A stretch of DNA of 64,000 bases, from contig NMRA01000571.1 in NCBI GenBank assembly GCA_002633005.1, positions 81,299 to 145,298 of the forward strand, given 5' to 3'. Under the pieces are notes generated by a model that saw only the letters and a list, made by a program, of their open reading frames with translations, ran no database searches and had not been told where the DNA came from. Both the position numbers and the translations under genes were made by a program. This DNA comes from Phoronis australis. Lineage: Eukaryota > Animalia > Phoronida. Positions 1 through 11,609 of the stretch are shown here, in pieces (the first letter of the stretch is position 1; each line of letters begins with the position of its first letter).

Positions 1-151
1 GTGCAAGTTGACTAGTGCAAGTTGACTAGTGCAAGTTGACTAGTGCAAGTTGACTAGTGCAAGTTGACTAGTGCAAGTTGACTAGTGCAAGTTGACTAGT
101 GCAAGTTGACTAGTGCAAGTTGACTAGTGCAAGTTGACTAGTGCAAGTTGA
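1..151. repeat. Perfect 14-bp minisatellite (gtgcaagttgacta) x ~10.8, truncated by the window start
   Basis: Identical head-to-tail units with no spacers. Confidence 0.97.
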
Positions 152-2136
152 TTCAGGGTAGGTCAGTCTGTATGTGCGTGTGACTATAAACACCACCGCA
201 TTGTTAGTAACAGTTATTCAAACATTTAATTTTAAAAATTAATGATCCCTCAAACCTGGAACTTGCAATCTAATCTTTGAAACTGTTTCAACAATGATAA
301 CATGTTATCAGTTCTAATACGTAACATGAACCCATTCATATTCGTAGGTTATAGAACAGGTCATCTCTTGAAAGCTGTTTGGACCTTGGAGGACTCTTGG
401 ACACATCACTAACCCAAGAACAGAAATTGTTAACTAACATGGCAGAACTCATGACCAGCAGTTCATAATAACGTTCATTAGTATTTTCTTGATTCCGAAG
501 ATTGAACAGAGTTGACTGGCATCCAACAGATTTCTCAAACTTTGCGGCATTGTATTTATGTATTAACAGTCAGTCCATAACATCGTCAATAATAGCTGTC
601 AACGTAACTTCTTCATGCATCCTTAATAAGTGTAAAATGCAGGTGAATGGTTGTTGCTCATTGGCTGTAATTCTTGAATTTGGGACGATGCATATTGCCT
701 ATTTGTAACATTTGAAACAAGTCTTGACCTTGAGCAAAATAATTAATTTTTCATGCCATCTCAAAGAACCTCTGGGAGCCAATTGCCCCTAAAAATAAAT
801 TTCCCTTCAGCCAAAAATCCCCCATCACAAGGCATAGACACTTTTCCCCACAGGAGAGCCTCAGGCTCTGGTTAAGAAAGGAATCCTTTATTGTCTAAAT
901 AATCAATATCAATACATACAATCTTAATTAAATCCAATATCTTAAATATATCCAAACAACTTAATTTTTCAGCAAGACAAGATGAGACAGACACCATTTT
1001 TCATATTAACCGAGGAGCAGACGGAGTGAGATTCTATGGAAATTTGCACTCATCTCTTTGGTGATTGCAAAGAGCCCAACCTCCGAACTAAATGTACTGT
1101 CGAAAAGTAAAACCTCAGAAATGAGATGGGGTTAAAGAGTGGAAAAAGCGTTCATGGGTAGGCTCTAAGTTTGATGAATGCAAAAGCGAATATCACGAAA
1201 GTAGGTCAATACTGCAATAGTTGTTGCTGAGTCGCAGATCAAACAGCAGTTCCAAGTGCAGTTATTTGAAAACATTTTGCCATCTAGACACAGCCTAAAG
1301 AATGTCAATAACAGGGTTGGTACATATTTAACAAACACAAGGACTAAGAGTAATAATCTATATAACCAAGACTACTGCATGAACAGTACACATTTCCAGC
1401 CACAACATTATGCAAAAAGCCACCAGTCAACAATTAGACCACCCATCTCAGGTCTGTTCAGAGCCAGTGATGTGTTTTCAAGATTCAACAAATCTAACAC
1501 AGGGTGTGACACAACAGATGCTCAACTTAAAATATAGTTTATAAATATATAGCTCAGTTTCACAACAGGAGCTAACATTTTAAACAACAGTAAGAAAAAA
1601 AACAGAACAAGCCCATACATTGCTGCCGTTGTTTAAAATTTCACACCACCAACACACACTGGTGATAAGCAGAATCGGTATCGGAAGAACTTTCTCAGTG
1701 TAGAGGTACTCTCTCACAAACAATGGATATATTTTTAACCATAAAAACCTTTAGTAAAGTTCCATGAAATTCGAAAAAACAATAGCCACAATGGTAATTT
1801 TTTCATTTTTCCATCGCTCACTGCATTATTAACAATAATCAAAATTACTTTGCTGTTGACAGCAATGCAATATGAATTGTGCAAATAATTCTTCTCATTT
1901 ACATTTAACACCAATATCCTATAAATCCTAAATTATCTGTTGGAAGCTATAGTACAGAACCCGAATAAAGCTTTAAAGCGATATTTGGTGCTACTATACC
2001 TCAGTTATGAAAAAAAATTTCACGTCCTCCATATCGTGTCCTAAATAGGTAAGATACATGCACTGTCATATCCCTGCCTCAGGTAATACACCTCCTCAGG
2101 TTCACCCAGCTCAAGACTACATTGCTGCAATGTTCA

Positions 2137-3446
2137 GTAGATTACACAGACAAGATAACTGCTGTGTAACCCACATCACTGAACAAATGTATAGGATTGA
2201 TCCTACCCCCATAAGAACAACACAGAGAACAAATGCTGTACTGGAAACCCCCAATGGCCTCAACTCTGGTATGTTTTCAACTAAACTATGAAGCAATGAC
2301 AGTCTAAGGTCCAACCAGCTAGTTTACTTCCAGGTTAAAGTCTAACCAATAAGCTGTATCTAGCTCCCTGGTCCATCTAATTCAGGGTCGACATGATGGA
2401 CATATCACAGTTTTTCAATTTCTCATAAGATATGTGTTGCACCATATTACATGCTTTACCAGGTTGAATTAAATCTATACCATACGTATTTTGAAAAACT
2501 GTTAACATTCACTACCATGTTAAAACACCTTAAAGATTGTAACCCGATCACTTTTGGTAATTTTATCCATAATTTGTGACTTTACAAATGGCTAAATTTA
2601 CTGGAGGTTGAACTACATAATGAGAATCTTGTGCATTTTTCATAGCTAAGGAGCAAGTCACTGAATGGCACCATTACACGCCTACAACATGCAGTACACG
2701 GCAACTAATGTAGAAGCCTGTCTATTTTCTTAAAGGAGACAGACTAGAAAACGTTTATTTGTAAAGAATCTGTTCATCCATTAACAGGGTTCTTGTGAGT
2801 TTAGCTCATGTGTTTCTTGTAATGGGCCGAACCATGTGGCCTGCGCACGCCTGATACACAGCAAAAAACATAATTTGTTTACTAAATGTGCAGAAATATC
2901 AAGAGCAGATATTTCCCCCATCCTCGCTGTTACCAAGGACAGCTCAACAGCTAGTCACCAAGTCCTTAACTTTCAAGCAGTATCTAAAATGGTGATAAGT
3001 CATTGGAGCCTCAAGCCCAACTGTACCACAACAGTCATATACAGACTACTGTATTTTGAGACCCAGTTTGATGCCCGATAGACAGCGGGAGAAAACTGGT
3101 TCTCAAAATGCCGGATCCCTGTGGCAGACCATTACCAAATATACTGCCATCTTACACAGGTCAAACAGCTCACCACTCTGGAACTTTGATGCATTTCACA
3201 AACATTCAACCTTCAACTGACCAATTAAGAAACAGTTACTAGGCAACTGCTGAAATAATGTTATCACACCTTCCAAAAATAAATTAATTTTTAAATGTAC
3301 TACACATTCTGGGCAACAAACCAAAAGCTAATTTTCCAGTCTAGGGTACACAAAAACATTTAAACTATCCAAAGGTCATAAAATACTTCCCTTATCTTTT
3401 AAGTAAGGTCTAGAAAACACATGTGCAGAATTAGAAATCTATTATA
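2137..3446. repeat. Block duplicated at 3942-5263 (probable allelic haplotig copy A)
   Basis: Colinear from gtagattacacagacaag to agaaatctattata, with scattered SNPs and indels. N joins at 3678 and 6973. Confidence 0.9.
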
Positions 3447-3677
3447 CAGCACACATCACGAATTTTTGGCCGACCGGTCGGAAATTGGTCGACGACCGGC
3501 CGTCGACCGGTCGTCTAGCCGACCCGCAGCCGACCAACAACGGTCGGCTAGGAGCCGTCTGCTGAGTCGCCTCTGTGGTCGGCACTTGGGTCGGCTAAAT
3601 GGTCGCCTAGCGTAGACGACCAATTCGGATTAAGCGTGTCCTTGGTCGGCAATTACCATTTTATGACTTAGCGGGTG
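3447..3677. mobile_element. Left end of a young TA-target DNA transposon (Tc1/mariner-like), 67-bp TIR at 3447-3513
   Basis: cagcacacatcacgaatttttggccgaccggtcgg... is the reverse complement of 7081-7147 with 1 mismatch. Preceded by TA at 3445-3446. CpG-rich. Ends at the N at 3678. Confidence 0.88.
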
Positions 3678-3728
3678 NATTTAATCTCGCACCCATTACA
3701 CAGCTGTCAACGCTGAAGTTGACATTTT

Positions 3729-3920
3729 GTCCGTTGACCGTGTTTGGCGGTCCGTTAACCGTGTTTCCTCGTGAATATGAGTCCGTGTCCCGTGTATTTG
3801 GGTGCGTGGATCGTGTTTTGTGAGTCCGTTCCCGTGTTTGTGAGTCAGTGGACGGTGTTTGCCGGTCCGTGAGTCGTGTTCATGCGTCCGTTCCCGTGTT
3901 TTTGAGTCCGTTGACCGTGT
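3729..3920. repeat. Degenerate ~21-bp array (gtccgtt(g/c)(a/c)ccgtgttt..) x ~9, probably the subterminal repeats of another transposon
   Basis: Recurring GTCCGT....CGTGT motif, absent from the matching position of block copy A. Confidence 0.65.
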
Positions 3921-4509
3921 AGTTTAGGTACCTTGACACAGGTAGATTACACAGACAAGATTATTGCTGTGCGACCCACATCACTGAACAAATGTATAGG
4001 ATTGATCCTACCCCCATAAAAATAACACAGAGAACAAATGCTGTACTGGAAACCCCCAATGGCCTCAACTCTGGTATGTTTTCAAGTTAAACCTAAACTA
4101 TGAAGCAATGATAGTCTAAGGTCCAACCAGCTAGTGTACTTACTGATTAAGGTCTAACCAATGAGCTGTATCTAGCTCACTGGTCTACCTAATACAGGGT
4201 CGACATGATGGACATATCACAGTTTTTTCAATTTCTCATAAGATATGTGTTGCACCGTATTACATGCTTTACCAGGTTGAATTAAATCTATACCATACGT
4301 ATTTTGAAAAACTTTTAACATTCACTACCATGTTAACACACCTTAAAGATTGTAACCAGATCACTTTTGGTAATTTTATCTATAATTCGTGACTTTACAA
4401 ATGGCTAAATTTACTCGAGGTTGAACTACATAAGGAGAATCTTGCGCATTTTTCATAGCTAAGGAGCAAGTCACTGAATGGCACCATTACACACCTACAG
4501 CATGCAGTA

Positions 4510-6972
4510 CACCACAACTAATGTAGAAGCCTGTCTACTTTCTTAAAGGAGACAGACTAGAAAACGTTTATTTGTAAAGAATCTGTTCATCCATTAACAG
4601 GGTTCTTGTGACTTTAGCTCATGTGTTTCTTGTAATGGGCCGAATTATGTGGCCTGCGCACGCCTGATACACAGCAAAAAACATAATTTGTTTACTAAAT
4701 GTACAGAAATATCAAGAGCAGATATTTCCCCATCCTCGCTGTTACAAAGGACAGCTCAACAGCTAGTCACCAAGTCCTTAACTTTCAAGCAGTATCTAAA
4801 ATGGTGATAAGTCATTGGAGCCTCAAGCCCAACTGTACCACAACAGTCATATACAGACTACTGCATTTTGAGACCCGGTTTGATGCCGGATAGACAGCAG
4901 GAGAAAACTGGTTCTCAAAATGCCAGATCCCTGTGACAGACCATTACGGAATATACTGCCATCTTACACAGGTCAAACAGCTCACCACTCTGGAACTTTG
5001 ATGCATTTCACAAACATTCAACCTTCAACTGACCAATTAAGAAACAGTTACTAGGCAACTGCTGAAATAATGTTACCACACCTTCCAAAAATAAATAAAT
5101 AAATTTTTAAATATACTACACATTCTGGGCAACAAACAAAAAGCTAATTTTCCAGTCTAGGGTACACAAAAACATTTAAACTATCCAAAGGTCATAAAAT
5201 ACTTCCCGTTATCTTTTAAGTAAGGTCTAGAAAACACATGTGCAGAATTAGAAATCTATTATAGCTACACTTCCTGTCTAGAAAGATTTATAGATGGTTA
5301 TCATAGCCATAAAACTAGTATCAAACCAAGTGCAACAGGCAATTTTTATGATTTCGTCGACCACAAACAGAAACCACCCACAGTACTTTTTCAAATACAT
5401 TACGCAAGAATACATATGTCAAAATTGTCACAGTTTTTTGATTTTTTCCTCAGACTTTCTCGACAACTGTGTCACAACAGGACTATTCTGACCAGATGCC
5501 ATAGTAAAATCTTACCAATTTCAAACAAAAATAACTACCAAGCTTTTAACGTCCTCATGACAAAAAAAAATACAAATTTTGATGACAAACATAGCACAAA
5601 ACTTAACAAGGAAAGTAACCATTTAATTTGGTACTACATGTTTCTGGAAAACAAAATAAAATAAAATTTCACTTAAATAAAATTTCACTTGTTGATCCTA
5701 TTTTGTTCTAAATTGGTGAAAACTTTACCATATTGCTTCATGCATGCTGTGCACCACAACTAATGTAGAAGCCTGTCTACTTTCTTAAAGGAGACAGACT
5801 AGAAAACGTTTATTTGTAAAGAATCTGTTCATCCATTAACAGGGTTCTTGTGACTTTAGCTCATGTGTTTCTTGTAATGGGCCGAATTATGTGGCCTGCG
5901 CACGCCTGATACACAGCAAAAAACATAATTTGTTTACTAAATGTACAGAAATATCAAGAGCAGATATTTCCCCATCCTCGCTGTTACAAAGGACAGCTCA
6001 ACAGCTAGTCACCAAGTCCTTAACTTTCAAGCAGTATCTAAAATGGTGATAAGTCATTGGAGCCTCAAGCCCAACTGTACCACAACAGTCATATACAGAC
6101 TACTGCATTTTGAGACCCGGTTTGATGCCGGATAGACAGCAGGAGAAAACTGGTTCTCAAAATGCCAGATCCCTGTGACAGACCATTACGGAATATACTG
6201 CCATCTTACACAGGTCAAACAGCTCACCACTCTGGAACTTTGATGCATTTCACAAACATTCAACCTTCAACTGACCAATTAAGAAACAGTTACTAGGCAA
6301 CTGCTGAAATAATGTTACCACACCTTCCAAAAATAAATAAATAAATTTTTAAATATACTACACATTCTGGGCAACAAACAAAAAGCTAATTTTCCAGTCT
6401 AGGGTACACAAAAACATTTAAACTATCCAAAGGTCATAAAATACTTCCCGTTATCTTTTAAGTAAGGTCTAGAAAACACATGTGCAGAATTAGAAATCTA
6501 TTATAGCTACACTTCCTGTCTAGAAAGATTTATAGATGGTTATCATAGCCATAAAACTAGTATCAAACCAAGTGCAACAGGCAATTTTTATGATTTCGTC
6601 GACCACAAACAGAAACCACCCACAGTACTTTTTCAAATACATTACGCAAGAATACATATGTCAAAATTGTCACAGTTTTTTGATTTTTTCCTCAGACTTT
6701 CTCGACAACTGTGTCACAACAGGACTATTCTGACCAGATGCCATAGTAAAATCTTACCAATTTCAAACAAAAATAACTACCAAGCTTTTAACGTCCTCAT
6801 GACAAAAAAAAATACAAATTTTGATGACAAACATAGCACAAAACTTAACAAGGAAAGTAACCATTTAATTTGGTACTACATGTTTCTGGAAAACAAAATA
6901 AAATAAAATTTCACTTAAATAAAATTTCACTTGTTGATCCTATTTTGTTCTAAATTGGTGAAAACTTTACCA
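4510..6972. repeat. Direct tandem duplication, period 1242 bp (4510-5751, then 5752-6972)
   Basis: Identical ORF-track peptides offset by 1242 (4699/5941, 5294/6536, 5416/6658). A diverged partial third copy lies at 7148-7641. Confidence 0.93.
5502..5732. mobile_element. Old pogo/Tc1-like MITE (~230 bp). Relatives at 17741-17975 and 24920-25122, fragment near 47472
   Basis: Imperfect TIRs (tagtaaaatcttaccaattt ... aaattggtgaaaactttacca). The (c/t)agtaaaa.ct..ccaattt end recurs at the other loci. Confidence 0.55.
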
Positions 6973-6973
6973 N

Positions 6974-7147
6974 TCGGCTGAAGGGTCGGCTGAAGGGTCG
7001 GCTGGGGAGTCGCCTTATGAGTCGGCACTGCGGGCGGCTGCCGGTCGGCTAATTTTTAGCCGACCGGTCGGCAAATTTGCCGACCGGTCGACGGCCGGCC
7101 GTCGACCAATTTCCGACCGGTCGGCCAAAAATTCGTGATGTGTGCTG
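6974..7147. mobile_element. Right end of the same TA-target transposon, TIR at 7081-7147
   Basis: Ends ...attcgtgatgtgtgctg, followed by TA (7148-7149) and gctacac. The empty site ctatta-TA-gctacac is seen at 5262-5263 and 6504-6505. Confidence 0.88.
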
Positions 7148-9103
7148 TAGCTACACTTCCTGTCTAGAAAGATTTATAGATGGTTATCATAGCTATAAAA
7201 CTAGTATCAAACCAAGTGCAACAGGCAATTTTTATGATTTCGTCGACCACAAACAGAAACCACCCACAGTACTTTTTCAAATACATTACGCAAGAATAAA
7301 TATGTCAAAATTGTCACAGTTTTTTATTTTTTCCTCAGCCTTTCTCGACAACTGTGTCACAACAGGACTATTCTGACCAGATGCCGTAGTAAAATCTTAC
7401 CAATTTCAAACAAAAATAACTACCAAGCTTTTAACGTCCTCATGACAAAAAAAAATACAAATTTTGATGACAAACATAGCACAAAACTTAACATGGAAAG
7501 TAACCATTTAATTTGGTACTACATGTTTCTGGAAAACAAAATAAAATAAAATTTCACTTAAATAAAATTTCACTTGTTGATCCTATTTTGTTCTAAATTG
7601 GTGAAAACTTTACCATATTGCTTCATGCATGCTGTGCACCAATCAATCTTGTTAGTCTATTAAAGTATTCACTCAATACCACCAAAGCAAACAAAGAAAC
7701 ATGTAATTATTTCAATTTACATCAACATAAGGCACCTTTCGTACCGACTTGACTCTGGTATGACCAACTGAAAACTGAAAAAGTTAAATTTTGGCAATTA
7801 TTTTTATCTGAAATGGAGGAATACGTATAAACCGTAATGCAATCCAGTTCCACAAAATCAAAGTTGGATCAGAAAACACGACAGAGAAATCTACTTTGTG
7901 TGGAGTGTCACCTTAATCTGGGTGACCGTAGACAATGCCATCGAAAATCAATAGTCGCATGCACTGGAATAGATAACATCTACTCGCATATATAATTACA
8001 CCACATGTTTCCAGGATGCAGGGTGGTCAGCAGTGAGGGTACTTTGTCACGGAAGCACAACTAGGTATTCACAATTCACATCACTAAATGGATGTGTAAG
8101 AGGCACATTCTCCATATGGTAACAAAGTTTTCAGAAAATTACAGTAGCGCAGAATCAAACTCACTCACTTTGTAAGCAGCTGACGAGGCAGCTGAATGCT
8201 CTGCTGCTGAGCTGAATCCCAACAGAAGAGTATTTCAAGCATATTCAATAAGACACCAGCCTCGATATCAGCGAATGGCTGGCAGACAATAGCAACAATA
8301 GGCGACTGGAGTAAAGTCTCAAAAACAACAGAATTTGTTTCACATTCAATGATAAACATCTACGGTAAACATCTGTAGAACCCATTCAACAATAAATCAC
8401 AAATTTGCATTTTTGGCCCTAAAAACAATGACTTCTCTGTAAGTGAATTACCGGACCCAATGGAGTAGGCCGGCTTGCCCCACTTGTCTAATTCCTGTAC
8501 AAAAACTGTAAACTAGGTCAACTAGAAAATTAATTTCCACATGTAGAGGCAATAGATTGTGGAAAAAGCTTTTAACCTAAATCCCACCTAGTCTAAAAGG
8601 CCTTTCCCACTAGCCAAAAGCTTTGGAATTCCAAGAACACATTAGGCAGTTTTCATATTCGCAGGAAAATAGAACAACACCTTTGAGTGGAACTAAATGA
8701 TAAATTACTGACAGTACACTGTTGTCTCTTTCTACCTCAGTAGGCCTCATCTGCTGTCTGAACTTAGAAATGCTTTGTACTGACAATTCACCAGAAAAAG
8801 CAAACACAAGGAACAATTTCGACTGACCACTGTGCTGTTGATCACACTTTTAGTACACAGCATGGTGACCAAGTGAAACACTGTTTTCTCATTTTTTCCT
8901 GAACATCACGTATGTCGTAACTCTCCGCTAATTTCACACAAAAACAATCGCCAAAATGGTAATTCCTCCATTTTTCAAATAGTGTTTAAACCTTTTCATA
9001 AATAACACAATAATCCATGCTTGAAACAAACCAAAATGTTTTTGATCTTTACTTTTGTGGACAAATTAAACAAAACAGAATTATACTTCTCCGCCAAACA
9101 AGT

Positions 9104-9171
9104 ACAAAGTTCCAATGACAATGACTGATATACAATAACAAAGTTGCAGTGACAATGACTGATATACAATA
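9104..9171. repeat. 34-bp tandem duplication x2
   Basis: acaaagtt(c/g)ca(a/g)tgacaatgactgatatacaata occurs twice. Confidence 0.85.
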
Positions 9172-10972
9172 ACTTTACCACTTTCAAGCCTTGGGCTATA
9201 GCTGACATTTAACAAAATTCGTTGACAGTTGAAACAATTGTTCAGTTGAGGCTTTGTCAAAATAAGACAGGTTTATTCTAATCTAATTTTAGTTATTTTT
9301 AGCACTGGGTAGAAGTTTTTAGACTCTTGAAGTATGACAAAACCAAAGCAGTATGTAAATTTAAAAGCTATGTTTTTACATTAGTAATAGTACTGAGCCT
9401 CTTCTTCAATCAAAAAACAATGTAATGTAATCTGAAGATTAAAAGGTATTGCGTATGTATATATGGTAAGCCCTTGTCAATTTTGGACCAAAAATAACTG
9501 CCAAAATAACACTTTTTACAAGTGCATCTAACTTTGTTGTAAATGGTCACATTCTCTCAAAACATTTTGGAATGAGACTTGTAGCTATGGTATGAAACTT
9601 TAACACTGAATCAATGTTTGGTGTGACATATCTTTCATGAAAAAACTTGCAAAGAAAAAATATTTCACCCATATATGTGCCTGGTTTGAGCACAGGTTGA
9701 CACTGTTTAAACCTGTTGGGCAAATTCACTAAAACCAATGACTCAAATCAATGTGCTCTTTGTGTATTTACAACACTGAGATATCACAACAGGCTCAACC
9801 CTGCAAGCTGAACAACCATTTGACAATAGGGGTCCATTGTGCAGATTTACTGAACCGGAACCCATAACTTTGATAAAACCAGTGTGAGAATACACACACA
9901 CTGGTTCTAACAGCACTGATGAAGTCAATGGGCATCTGGTAACCTGCTATCAAAATCCCTTCCAAAAGTCACGTTTCTTCAAACGTCTTCTAAACTTAAC
10001 TAAATTCTCACTCATGAAATCATAATTATCTTTAAAATTGTTCATAACCATAGAATCATACCATGGGCACAAAATGATGCTCGAATGTTAGTGGTCATGT
10101 GACCCAAGTTTTTTCTGATGTGTGTAGCCATTGAGCAACCCACATGTATTATACCCACAGAATGGAAAATTAGAATTTTGCAATAGCAATCCCAAGTTTT
10201 ATTCAACACAGTTACAATAAAAATATGCTAGACAAGCCCAATGAAATGAAGCTTGCATAGCCATGAAAATTTTTCAGTTTAAACAAGCTAATTATTTTAG
10301 AGTAGATCACTTTTCTACACAGCCTGGTGGTTTTGTACTATGGTTTAAACAAATAAGAAAGATGAATATTAAAGCAGTAAGGTCAAGGGGCAGCAAGTCA
10401 AGTCAAAAACATCGACGGATATACAACGTAATCCCATTGAATGCCCGTTCAGTGGGGGTTCTCAAATCNAAAAAGTTGAGTTCACGATTTTGGGAACTGA
10501 AATAGGGACTGCTCGAAGAAAAAGTTTCATAACGGGAGTATTTGTTCGAGTTGGAAGGAATTAAACACATCGACAACCTCCTAAGGTGTTCCTCTATGCG
10601 CAAAAGGTATTTGTAACAACGTGACTTTGATGGTTTAGTCGGTGCGAGGCATAATTCGCCGAAAAGCTTCCGGCGTACAGAGCGCCTATAGCCTCTACAT
10701 CGCCTCTGCTTCGGGCCAACAGAGGCGATGGTCATTGCCTATCATTCAGTAGGCCTAAGACACTCATAGAGTTAGACAGGTAGGCCCTGTATTGACTATT
10801 TGACTTTCGAGCATTTGTATTGATAGTCGCATCGATCAACCAAGAAAATGGTCATTCATTTACGTACAATTACAATGCAGAACAAAAAGAAATAAAACAC
10901 CACCTCTCTCGTTTTTTCTCTGAAATGAGATCACTTCTTAGACAAGATTTTGCTATCAGGATACATACTTAC

Positions 10973-11071
10973 CGGCTGACAGGTTGGCAATTCGTCTGCC
11001 AACGCAAGAGCAGAGAAAATCGCAACCGAGATCGTCAAAGTTAACCCGTATTTACAACACGAATTCTCCAT
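10973..11071 (-). CDS. ELAPOR1: First coding exon of a probable ELAPOR1/2 (KIAA1324/EIG121-family) type I membrane protein; the remaining exons lie left of the window
   Basis: ATG at 11071 gives MENSCCKYGLTLTISVAIFSALALADELPTCQP, then a phase-0 GTAAGT donor. A hydrophobic signal peptide with an A-L-A cleavage site is followed by ELPTCQP, resembling ELHACKE / PPCQE at the end of ELAPOR exon 1 (recalled). Head-to-head with CFAP276, as in human. Only 33 aa are visible. Confidence 0.65.
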
Positions 11072-11243
11072 TTCACTGAACTTAAATATCTTAAATATTC
11101 AAACAGACCGAGTTGTCTACTAGTGAACCACTAGAAATGACGGGAAATATCTGTGCGGCGTTTCTTGAAGCTATTTCAATAAAATATGGGAACACCAACA
11201 GAAATAAGAATCAGTTTACGAGCAGTCGCTCGGTCTCTAAAAT

Positions 11244-11255
11244 TGCGCATGCGCA
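11244..11255. promoter_or_regulatory. NRF1 palindrome TGCGCATGCGCA in the bidirectional promoter
   Basis: Exact NRF1 consensus between divergent ATGs at 11071 and 11532. Confidence 0.75.
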
Positions 11256-11495
11256 AAGTACATGTTGTGCTGATTATAAAATTTATTCAAGTTTAAGCTA
11301 ATTAATGATTCATAATCCCATAAACTCACCCAAGAAGGCCATTTTTACATCAAATTATCATAAATTTATTGAAAATAAAAATATCTACTGTCGAGTTAAA
11401 CAACTCCCAGAATGCCTTGTGGTTACCAAGGAGTTCAGCATACAAATTCCCTCCATTCATTACAAAAGTGTGTGTGTCGGTCTGTTTTGGTACCA

Positions 11496-11508
11496 GTTTT
11501 ATAGCGAC
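11496..11508 (+). promoter_or_regulatory. RFX X-box-like element (gttttatagcgac); a half-site gttacc lies near 11422
   Basis: Imperfect match to the X-box consensus, ~25 nt upstream of the ATG of a ciliary gene. Confidence 0.4.
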
Positions 11509-11531
11509 AGGCGCTCATAAGGATCTTAAAA

Positions 11532-11609
11532 ATGATGTCTTCAAGGGACCCATACCCTCTTTTGAAATACGATAACGACGACAACTTTATGGGAAGGCTA
11601 CAATCGGAC
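11532..11609 (+). CDS. CFAP276: CFAP276 exon 1 (MMSSRDPYPLLKYDNDDNFMGRLQSD)
   Basis: ATG, then a phase-0 GTAAGT donor. Missed by the ORF track. Confidence 0.88.

Noticed and set aside
3729-3920. Repeat-spacer array
   Set aside because: The variable parts are only a few nt and the repeats are degenerate. Better explained as transposon subterminal repeats.
4699-7376. Repeated small ORFs taken as a tandem gene family
   Set aside because: They are chance ORFs inside duplicated intronic DNA, with frameshifts between alleles.
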